Below are positions 27,382-35,888 of a stretch of 64,000 nt of DNA, in pieces; within the stretch, counting starts at the first letter, position 1; each line of letters begins with the position of its first letter. Where the stretch lies: positions 3,616 through 67,615 of IMG/VR virus record IMGVR_UViG_3300005836_000042; one strand, 5' to 3'. The DNA comes from a virus. The notes under the pieces were generated by a model. It had not been told where the DNA came from, did not search any database, and worked only from the letters and a program-made list of their open reading frames with translations. The translations under genes and the position numbers were made by a program.

Positions 27382-30300
27382 GTGGGAAGCCTTCCTCCCG
27401 ACGTCAGAAAGATCCTCGAAGAACAGGGGATCATCCCGCCTGAGCAGGAGGCCCCGGAGGACCGTGGGACTCAACTACTCAAGGAGCTGGGCCTCGCTCC
27501 TGAGCCGACCGAGACCAGCATCTTTCAGCCGATCCGTACGGCGTTCGGTGCGACTCAGGGAGTTGGGGGGAAAGCGCTGGGGGTTCTCGCCCCCGAAGCC
27601 TACGCGGCAGCAGAAGCGGAGCTGCGCAAGAACCTGGGAGTCACCGAGCAGAGTCCCTGGTACAAGCAGGTTGAGGCTTCGCCGGGGCTGGGGGATGTCG
27701 GTGCGCAGCTCGTCCCGGAGTCGGTTCGGCAGAGCAGGCTGGGCACAGCACTCGGGCCGGTGGGGAGGCTCGCGGGGAACATCGCAGGCGACCCGACGAC
27801 CTATACGCCGTGGGCGTTGGGGAAGCTCAGCTCTGGGATCGTGGCGGGGATTCCTGAGGCGGCTGCTGTGGCGGAACGCGCAGCGCAGGCGGAGGCGACG
27901 AGAAGGGCGTTCATCGGTCCGCTGACCAAGACGATGGAGGTCGCCCAGAACGTCGACCGAGCGAACGACGCGCGGGCAGTTGTCGAGGCGGTCAGGGCGA
28001 ATGCAAGCCCGCTGACGCGCAGGGTCTTTACTGCTGGGAACGTGATCCAGTCTGCGGAGCCCTACGCGCTTGGAACGGCTGCGGCGCTGGCCTACGGACC
28101 CGAAGCCTTGAAGAGTGCCTACGAGGGATGGAAGCAGGTTGCTCAGGGGATCACCGAGCAGCCGGTGCTCGACACTGCTGCAGAGGCTGCGAACGCCACG
28201 CTGCTGACAGCGCTCACCGCCATGATGGGCCACGGCCTCATCTCGACGGGAGAGGCGATGATTCGGCTGCGCCGCCACCTCGCGGAACAGCAGCCTGCTG
28301 TCGAGCGCGCGATCAACGAAGTTGGGGGGAGGATCGAGCAGGCTGTGGAGGCGGCTACTCCGAAGCCGCCTGAGAATCTGACCCAGACGCGGGACTGGCT
28401 GGCCGAGGGCGAGGCGATGCTCCGTCAGCGAGAGGCTGACCAGGGGCTTGCTGCACGGAGGTTGGCCGAGGCGGACCGGGTGGTTCCTCCTGAGCGGCCC
28501 AAGCCTCCGGTGCCCGAGGAGCCGCCAGTCCTCCCTGAGGATGCTGTCTCGCTCGTGGCCGAGCCGATCGTCGAGAGGGGTCAGCTCCCAGCAGAGGTCG
28601 AGACCTTCCTCAAGGAGCCCGGCAACCAGAACAGCGTGATGCTGCAGAAGCGGTTCAAGGTGGGCCGCACGCAGGCGGAGAGGTGGTTGGACACGTTCCA
28701 GAAGAACGCTCCGATCCTGCCTGAGTCGGCGGTGACGGCGGTGGAGGGCGAGCCGCTGGTGCCTGCCACCCTGGCCCCCCGCGAGCGCCCCCGCCCGCGT
28801 GCACCGAGGGAACCGGTCCTCCCGGAGAGCGCGGTCTCGTTGGTGGCGGAGCCCATCGTCGAAGAGCCCGTTCGAGCACCGGAGGCTCCGCCCAGCACGC
28901 TGCCCGCAGCTGAAAGACCTGGTGGGCTCACCCCCGAAAAAACGGCTCCAGAAGTCACTGAGCCACAGGCATCTACGGAGCCGGTTCTGGAGGCCAAGCC
29001 ACCTGGTCAGGAGCCTACCCCACAGCAAGCTGAGCCTACGCCTGCCCCTACTGGGCCTGAGGCTCCACCAGAGCCCGCCGCAGCTGCTCCTGTGGTGGAG
29101 GAGCCGCCCCGGCCCGCTCCAGAGGCTCCTGCGGCAGCCACGGAGCCGCCGAAGCCAGAGGACCGTGAGAACGCTGTCCAGTACCTCCTCAAGCAGGGGG
29201 ACGACGAGCTTGCGCGGGAGCCTGCCGTCGCGCGGGTTTTGCGCTCTATCTTTGGGCTTGGGAGCCGGAAGCGGGAAACCGAGACGGACATGCGGATGCA
29301 GGCGGCAGCTTCTGAGGTTCTGGAGACCCCGGAGAAGCGAGCCAAGCTCTTGGCGCGTGTACAGGCCATCATCGAGAAGGCGCAGAAGGTTGGAGAGGAG
29401 GTGGACCCCAAGGCCATCCAGAACGAGGTGGCAGGGTTCATCCGGCGGGAGGCTCGGGAGAAGCAGCCAGGGCGGAGAGTTGAGGATCGTGCTCAACTGC
29501 AGGAGCAAGCAGCGGTAGAGGCAGCGGAGGGGAAGCGACCCGAGGGGAAGATGGAGACCCCGAAGGCACGGAGCCCGCACCACTACGACTACCTGAACGA
29601 GCAGCTCAGGGCTCCAGGGAGCCCGCTCCAGAAGGCAGGGTTGAAGAGCGTCAGCGAGCTGGTCGAAGCGCTGCGGCCCCAACTCGAAGCTGGCAAGTTC
29701 CCAGCAGGCTGGGTGCAGTCCTTCGCGGACTACGTTGCAGCGCGCGACAAAGGCGCGACTCATGCGGATGCTGTGAAGGCTGCGATGGACGCTCAGAACG
29801 CCCGAGGTGGGAAGTGGTCCTCGCCACAGGCAGCGGCGAACGCTCTCAATCGAATCGGAAGTCGAGCAGGAGAGCTACTTCGGGAGCAGTGGGGTGGGGA
29901 GAAGCCTGTTCAGGTGGAGGGGCGCAGAGCCCCGACGCCACAGGAGCTTGACGAGCTTGGCAGGGATCGGCTCGACATCATCTCCCACATCGAGAACGCA
30001 GTCAGGACGGGGAACAAGGAAGAGCTGTCGGCAGGGTTGGGGGCGTGGCTCGCACACGTCGAGCGCAGGAAGGTGTTCGACCTGAAGCGGGACTACACCT
30101 TCATGAGGCCGCTGAAGACGATCGCTGACCAACTGAACGCGCTCGGGGATGGCCCCAAGATCCCGGCTTCTGCCTACAAGAATGCTACGCAGCTTGCTGA
30201 GGCAATCGCCCGGAACCGGGGCATCGTCATCAAGGAGCTGAAGCCCAGGGTCGAGGAGAAGCTCGCTCCAGCGCGGGCGGCTGAAGTCGCGCGCTTGCGG

Positions 30301-33300
30301 GCGCCCGCGCAAGGAAAGAGGACGCGCGGGCCGGGCGGGTTCGAGCCGATCCAGCCTCGTGGTGATGTCAAGCACATTCGCTACAAGGGGCCGGGCGATA
30401 CCTACATCTCCTTCATCGAGAACGAAGGGATCGCGGGGGTGGAGAAGTTCAACCCCGACGACTTGGCAGGGGTGCGGGAAGCGCTTTCCCGGCTGCGGGA
30501 GGACTCCGACGTTCGCATCATCGACGCTGGTGAAGTCCCGAACAAGGCTCTGGACGTTCTGCTGAATCCAGAGGATGGAAAGCTCCCGGCGTTCATCGAG
30601 GACCCCGATGCTCCTGAGGGAGTGGACCGGCTGATCCGGATCGGAGCCGAGCAGAACCGCATCGCGGAGATGGCAGCGCGGGATGCGTACGGGATCCCCA
30701 CCAGCTGGGAGACGCGGCTCCGGGCGGCTGACCCGGATACGTGGGCAGATGCGTGGGGGGATGAAGCTCGGGAGCACCTCGATGACGCGCGCGGGCCGAT
30801 GCTGCAGATCAAGGTTCAGCTGGAGAAGTTGGGGATCAAGGGCACCGACCTGAACCAGCCAGTCAAGCTGATTGGCTATGGGCGCTACCACAACGTCTAT
30901 GAGATCCCTGGTGCGAAGGACGCTGATGGGCATGGGCTCGTCCTCAGGGTGGGAGCACTCCCGGACATGCCGCTGCCCAAGCCTGAGCAGCGGGCGTTGG
31001 TGATCCCCACCATCGAGAAGGGCGTGCTGTTCATCAACAGCGCCAGCGGCGAGCCGATCCATTACACGGTCCACCCGAAGGTGGAGGCGCTGGGGGCTGA
31101 GCTGGGGAAGTACCCTCTGTCGCAGATCGACAAGGAGGGGCGCGCGAGCGCGATGCTCGAAGCGGTCACTCCTGGGTCGCAGAAGGAGCCCTTCCATCCT
31201 GGGGCGGAAGCCGAGGCCGAAGCCTATGCGGTGCTCTACGACTGGCTCCCGCAGGGAGTCACGCTGCAGGAGTTCCTGAGCGATGCGGCTACGCTGCTTG
31301 GGAAGGCTGCTTCCAGTGGGCTGGACGTAGCGAACGACGTCGTCTCCTACGAGCCGCATGGGGAGCTGATCGGGGGGATCCGGGCGCAGCAGTTCGCCTA
31401 CATGCCGGTGAAGGCTCTCGACACGCAGGGAGTCGGCAGGGTCATCAACGGCAAGGCCCATCAGCTCGTCGCGATCGACAAGGGACTCCTGACACCTTGG
31501 GGGGCTGAGGCCAAGGCAGACCCGTTGTGGGGTCAGATGCAGGAGGGGAACCGCATCGCAGCGTCGAGGACCCTCCCAGACAGCAGGCTCACGCTGGAGG
31601 AGAACGCTCGCAAGCATCTCCACTACGACGAGGACGCACGGGATGCGGTCGAGATCGACGAGGGGTTGGTAAGCGCAAACCACGATCGGATGGCCAGCCA
31701 GGGGTTCGTCGATCGGCACGGCGAGCTGGGTGTAGGCGCAGCCAGAGCGCTGCGGGATGTCGTGGATGATCTGACGCGGACGATCAATGCCACGCTTGGA
31801 GAGGGCGATGCTCCGCTTGCGGTCGGCTTCAAGGGGCTGACGTCCAGTCCGTTCCTCCGGGGGCTGTACCACGAGGTGCCGGGCGAGGAACGAGCGCACA
31901 TCTACGCCAACGTCGTGGAGGCGGTGAACGGATCTCACGGCAACTACGAGAGAGCCGTCGACGACCTGGTCTACGCGATGGTTCACGAGGTCGCCCACAA
32001 CAAGTCGAAGGGTCATGGATCCTCCTTCCAGACGTGGGAAGAGTACGTTCGTCACCACATCGAGGCGTCGAAGAAGATCGATCAATACCGGGAGATGGTG
32101 AAGAAGGGCTTCACCAAGGAGGACTATCACGCGATTGCTGACGAGCTAGTCCCCGAGTTCCAGCGGCTGAGGAGGGCGAATGGCAATCAGCGACGAGCAA
32201 GCTGGCGGGAAGCTGCCCCTGTCGAGGGAGTACCTGCTGGGGGTGTTGAGGGCCGCGCTCCGCCCCTCGCGAATCGACCCGGACGAGCTACGGAAGGTGC
32301 TGCGCTTGATCTCGCAGGCGGGGTTGAACCCGGTGGAGCTGTACCGGGAGGCGGTGAAGGAGCGCCCGGAGGGGTACGACCCGCCACCGTTGCTGGCGAG
32401 CCTCCTGCCTCGGGATTTGCCGAAGCAAAAGCAGCTCGACCTGCAGCTGGGGGAGACCCTCTCCAAGAGATCAAGCAGCGAATAGCTGAGTACGGCTCCT
32501 CTCCGACGAGTGAGGAGAAGGCCAAGAACCTGTTGTCCGCGATGATGGAGGCGCACCAGAGGTCTGGCGGAGGTGCTCCGACGCACGACGCAGTGTTCAA
32601 CTGGGCCTACCAGCTGGCGGGTGATCTGGTCAAGGTGATGCACCCGAATGATCTGGAAGCTCGTGCAAGGAGCCTGCCCTACCCCAGGAAGCCCGATCAG
32701 ATGCACGGCGTCGTGAACATGCTCCACAACGTCGACCTTCCTGTGGAGACGAAGGCGCGGATCCAGATCACGGGTGAGCTGACGAAAGGCTTGTGGCCAG
32801 CAGACCATCCGCAGCGCTGGGACCAGGTCGAGAAGGAGATGCACGATGTTCTGGGGCTTTACACCCCGGAGCAGTGGGCACAGCACTACCGCAACCAGAA
32901 GGGTGGTCCGACCGCGAAGGACGTCCTGATCATGCGGCAGGTTGCTGACGAGCTGTACCGCAACGTGACCAGGGCGGAAGAGCAGCTCTACCACGAGCTG
33001 GCGACGAACAAGAACCTGACGCCTGAGCGTCTGGAGGAGCTGCAGCAGGCTGTGAACAAGGCCACCGGCAGCGTCGTCGAGGGGATGCTGATGCTGACCG
33101 GCGGACAGGCCAAGGCTGGTCGGGCGCTCGCCATTCATAGGAAGGACATCCGGGCGCTCGACCCGCAGATCGCCTTCCAGCAGGATCTTAGGGCGGCGCT
33201 CCGGGAGCGGACCCAGAGTCGGTGGAAGAACGACCCCAAGAAAGCAGAGCAGGTGGCGAACGACCTGTACGCCCGGTTCATGGCCGAGCGGACGTCGCAG

Positions 33301-35184
33301 AACCCGGATTGGGGAGCGTTCCAAGAGGCCTACCGTGCGGCGATGGGCTCGCACGTCTGGCCCGACAAGATCCTGGAGTGGTACAAGGGAGGTCTGCTGG
33401 GGTGGCCCTCGCGGGTTGCGAACATGGCCAGCAACTCCCTGCTGCGGGGCGTGCGTCTTGTGGAGGACGCCATCGCCGGAGGTCTGGACGCTACGGCCAG
33501 CAAGCTGTTTGGAAAGGAGCGGGAGATCTACGTCAGTGAGGGAGCAGTCTCGCTGCTGGCGCACAGGCGGGCGTTCGCTGAGGCTGTCCCCAAGTGGTGG
33601 CAGGAGATGAAGCGCCACATGATGCTCCAGCCCGACGATCTCAGCCGGGCGTTGGAGAAGGGTTCGATGATGGAGGACTTGCTGCAGGGAAGTGGCGCGA
33701 TCCCTGGCAGGACAGGCGAGTTCATCAGGTTCCACCTCAAGGGCATGGGCGCCGACGACGCGCTGGCGAAGCACTTCATTCGGACCGACTCGATGTACCG
33801 GCAGGTCTACCGCAAGCTCAGGGCAGGAGACAAGCAGTTCCAGCGACTGGGCAACGAGAGCTATGCGCAGGCGACTGAGCGGATCGTCAGCGACCTGAAG
33901 GCCAACTGGCGAGAGGCGCTGAACGGGGCACCGCAGTACGACTACAACAAGATTCGGATGTTCGAGCCGATTCTGAAGGAAGCCGAGGTAGCGGCGCGAC
34001 GGGAGACCTTCCAGGCGGAGCTGGGTGGGACAGGCAAGTCAGGAGCGACCTTCCTGAGGAACAACCCCATCTTCCAGCTGTTCATTCCCTTCTACCGGAC
34101 GCCGATCAACATCACGAAGGAGACGTTGGTCCGGACCCCATTGGGTTTCTTGAACACGGCGCGCAACTGGAAGGACATGACCCCGGCACAGCGGACTGGC
34201 GAGCTGTCCCGCAATATCACCGGGACGCTGCTGGGCACCGGGGCGCTCGCGTACGCGATGGCAGGCGGGGCGAGCGGAGGAGGACCAGTCGACCCTGACG
34301 AGAAAGCCATGTTGGAGACGACAGGCTGGCAGCCCTACAGCGTGAAGATCGGGAACCAGTACATGTCCTACCAGCGCCTGGAGCCGATCGCCAGCGTGCT
34401 GGGGGTTGCGGCTGATGCAGCGGAAGCAGTCCGGAACGGAGACTTCCAGAGCGCGCAGACGGGGTTCGTTCGTGTCTTGCAAAGCCTGGGAGAGAACATC
34501 ACCAACAAGACCTTCCTGAGTGGGCTCGATGCGCTGTCGAGCGCGATCTCCCATCCGATGCAGTATGGGCCGAGCTTCCTGAAGCAGATGCAGGCGAGCT
34601 TGATCCCGAACTCGATCGGGTTCATTCCGGTCAGCACGCTGGCCAGAGCGCTCGACAGAACCTACCGTCAGACGGAACCCTTCTCGATGAGCGTCTTCTA
34701 CGCGAAGCTGCCGTTCCTGAGCACCACGTTGGAGCCGCAGTACGGCCCCAGCGGGGAGGAGCGGCAGCGGCCTGGGACTGCACTGGAGCAGCTGATCTCG
34801 CCTTTCTCCCGGAGGACTCTACAGGAGGGTGCTGCACGGGTGGGAGCGGAAGAAGTAGTGCGGCTGGCAGCGAGCCCCAAGGCCCCGAGGAAGTATTGGG
34901 TCGCTCCTGGCGGGCTTCGGGTAGACTTCGCTCCCGAGGAGCGGAAGGCGATGGCTGTGGCCATGACCGAGGCCACGAAGTTCATCGGGGATCGGCTGGT
35001 GAAGGACCCCAACTACATCGCGCTTCCGGACAACGAGCTGGACGCAAGGTTCCGCTTCGGCCGGAGGACCAAGGAGCAGGTGATCAAGGACACCTACTCG
35101 CGGTATCGTGATCGCGTCATGCAGCAGATCAAGCCCAAGCTGGTGCAACGAGCGAAGAAGAAGCTCTCCGAGCGAGGGACCTGA
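27382..35184 (+). CDS. large polyvalent internal virion protein (FtsK-gamma-like, kinase-like, zincin HExxH, conserved helical C-terminus)
   Basis: 2600 aa; HEVAH at 31984; C-terminal WQPYSVKIG...SYQRLEP block typical of large podovirus ejection proteins. Confidence 0.8.
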   Translation: MGSLPPDVRKILEEQGIIPPEQEAPEDRGTQLLKELGLAPEPTETSIFQPIRTAFGATQGVGGKALGVLAPEAYAAAEAELRKNLGVTEQSPWYKQVEASPGLGDVGAQLVPESVRQSRLGTALGPVGRLAGNIAGDPTTYTPWALGKLSSGIVAGIPEAAAVAERAAQAEATRRAFIGPLTKTMEVAQNVDRANDARAVVEAVRANASPLTRRVFTAGNVIQSAEPYALGTAAALAYGPEALKSAYEGWKQVAQGITEQPVLDTAAEAANATLLTALTAMMGHGLISTGEAMIRLRRHLAEQQPAVERAINEVGGRIEQAVEAATPKPPENLTQTRDWLAEGEAMLRQREADQGLAARRLAEADRVVPPERPKPPVPEEPPVLPEDAVSLVAEPIVERGQLPAEVETFLKEPGNQNSVMLQKRFKVGRTQAERWLDTFQKNAPILPESAVTAVEGEPLVPATLAPRERPRPRAPREPVLPESAVSLVAEPIVEEPVRAPEAPPSTLPAAERPGGLTPEKTAPEVTEPQASTEPVLEAKPPGQEPTPQQAEPTPAPTGPEAPPEPAAAAPVVEEPPRPAPEAPAAATEPPKPEDRENAVQYLLKQGDDELAREPAVARVLRSIFGLGSRKRETETDMRMQAAASEVLETPEKRAKLLARVQAIIEKAQKVGEEVDPKAIQNEVAGFIRREAREKQPGRRVEDRAQLQEQAAVEAAEGKRPEGKMETPKARSPHHYDYLNEQLRAPGSPLQKAGLKSVSELVEALRPQLEAGKFPAGWVQSFADYVAARDKGATHADAVKAAMDAQNARGGKWSSPQAAANALNRIGSRAGELLREQWGGEKPVQVEGRRAPTPQELDELGRDRLDIISHIENAVRTGNKEELSAGLGAWLAHVERRKVFDLKRDYTFMRPLKTIADQLNALGDGPKIPASAYKNATQLAEAIARNRGIVIKELKPRVEEKLAPARAAEVARLRAPAQGKRTRGPGGFEPIQPRGDVKHIRYKGPGDTYISFIENEGIAGVEKFNPDDLAGVREALSRLREDSDVRIIDAGEVPNKALDVLLNPEDGKLPAFIEDPDAPEGVDRLIRIGAEQNRIAEMAARDAYGIPTSWETRLRAADPDTWADAWGDEAREHLDDARGPMLQIKVQLEKLGIKGTDLNQPVKLIGYGRYHNVYEIPGAKDADGHGLVLRVGALPDMPLPKPEQRALVIPTIEKGVLFINSASGEPIHYTVHPKVEALGAELGKYPLSQIDKEGRASAMLEAVTPGSQKEPFHPGAEAEAEAYAVLYDWLPQGVTLQEFLSDAATLLGKAASSGLDVANDVVSYEPHGELIGGIRAQQFAYMPVKALDTQGVGRVINGKAHQLVAIDKGLLTPWGAEAKADPLWGQMQEGNRIAASRTLPDSRLTLEENARKHLHYDEDARDAVEIDEGLVSANHDRMASQGFVDRHGELGVGAARALRDVVDDLTRTINATLGEGDAPLAVGFKGLTSSPFLRGLYHEVPGEERAHIYANVVEAVNGSHGNYERAVDDLVYAMVHEVAHNKSKGHGSSFQTWEEYVRHHIEASKKIDQYREMVKKGFTKEDYHAIADELVPEFQRLRRANGNQRRASWREAAPVEGVPAGGVEGRAPPLANRPGRATEGAALDLAGGVEPGGAVPGGGEGAPGGVRPATVAGEPPASGFAEAKAARPAAGGDPLQEIKQRIAEYGSSPTSEEKAKNLLSAMMEAHQRSGGGAPTHDAVFNWAYQLAGDLVKVMHPNDLEARARSLPYPRKPDQMHGVVNMLHNVDLPVETKARIQITGELTKGLWPADHPQRWDQVEKEMHDVLGLYTPEQWAQHYRNQKGGPTAKDVLIMRQVADELYRNVTRAEEQLYHELATNKNLTPERLEELQQAVNKATGSVVEGMLMLTGGQAKAGRALAIHRKDIRALDPQIAFQQDLRAALRERTQSRWKNDPKKAEQVANDLYARFMAERTSQNPDWGAFQEAYRAAMGSHVWPDKILEWYKGGLLGWPSRVANMASNSLLRGVRLVEDAIAGGLDATASKLFGKEREIYVSEGAVSLLAHRRAFAEAVPKWWQEMKRHMMLQPDDLSRALEKGSMMEDLLQGSGAIPGRTGEFIRFHLKGMGADDALAKHFIRTDSMYRQVYRKLRAGDKQFQRLGNESYAQATERIVSDLKANWREALNGAPQYDYNKIRMFEPILKEAEVAARRETFQAELGGTGKSGATFLRNNPIFQLFIPFYRTPINITKETLVRTPLGFLNTARNWKDMTPAQRTGELSRNITGTLLGTGALAYAMAGGASGGGPVDPDEKAMLETTGWQPYSVKIGNQYMSYQRLEPIASVLGVAADAAEAVRNGDFQSAQTGFVRVLQSLGENITNKTFLSGLDALSSAISHPMQYGPSFLKQMQASLIPNSIGFIPVSTLARALDRTYRQTEPFSMSVFYAKLPFLSTTLEPQYGPSGEERQRPGTALEQLISPFSRRTLQEGAARVGAEEVVRLAASPKAPRKYWVAPGGLRVDFAPEERKAMAVAMTEATKFIGDRLVKDPNYIALPDNELDARFRFGRRTKEQVIKDTYSRYRDRVMQQIKPKLVQRAKKKLSERGT

Positions 35185-35555
35185 TGGCCACGGGGAGGAG
35201 GTTCCTGGGAGGGCAGATCCGGCTGGCCCAGCGCTCGTGGGCCGACGTCGCTCCGGAGCTGGAGTTCTTCCTTGCGCGGCTCTGGGACAGCGAGGCGAAC
35301 GGCATCCCTGCCGGGTTCAACAACATCGACCCGGAGGACATCCAAGCAGGGGTCGCAGCGGATCCAGGGGAGGAGTCAAGCGGCTGGGCGGCTGCGAACC
35401 ACCAGCATGCTGTGCTCACGGACATCCCGGTTCCAGTGGGGTTCGTCCTCGATGCAGGCACCAGCTCGGCACTCTCGCGAGCCGACCACGTCCATACCAT
35501 TGCACAGGAAGTCCTCGACGAGATCCTTGCCTTCGCATTTCTGGGGTATCGGTAG
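35184..35555 (+). CDS. tail-fibre-associated protein
   Basis: HQH and ADHVH motifs typical of trimeric fibres; TGATG coupling. Confidence 0.6.
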   Translation: MATGRRFLGGQIRLAQRSWADVAPELEFFLARLWDSEANGIPAGFNNIDPEDIQAGVAADPGEESSGWAAANHQHAVLTDIPVPVGFVLDAGTSSALSRADHVHTIAQEVLDEILAFAFLGYR

Positions 35556-35888
35556 ATGGCCTTCCAGTACAGCAGTCTCTACGACGGTCAGCTCCCCAAC
35601 GCCAAGGCCACGCTCTACACCTCGGTTGGGGAGACTTCGGTCCAGCAGATCACTCTCGTGGAGACGGGACTGTCAGCGCGGACGGTCAACATCTACCTGA
35701 AGCGGAACGCCAGCTCATCGAGGAGGCTGATCCCCAAGGATCTCCCGATGGATGGGAGCGATCCCACGACGGCGGCGGTGGTGGAGTGTCTCGATGCTCC
35801 CTTGGAGATGTCGGCTGGTGACGTGATCGAGGGAGACGCGGATACGGCAGCGGTGATCGACTGCACGATCACGGGGGCCAAGCGATGA
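35556..35888 (+). CDS. small beta-sandwich tail-associated protein
   Basis: 110 aa between fibre genes. Confidence 0.6.
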   Translation: MAFQYSSLYDGQLPNAKATLYTSVGETSVQQITLVETGLSARTVNIYLKRNASSSRRLIPKDLPMDGSDPTTAAVVECLDAPLEMSAGDVIEGDADTAAVIDCTITGAKR

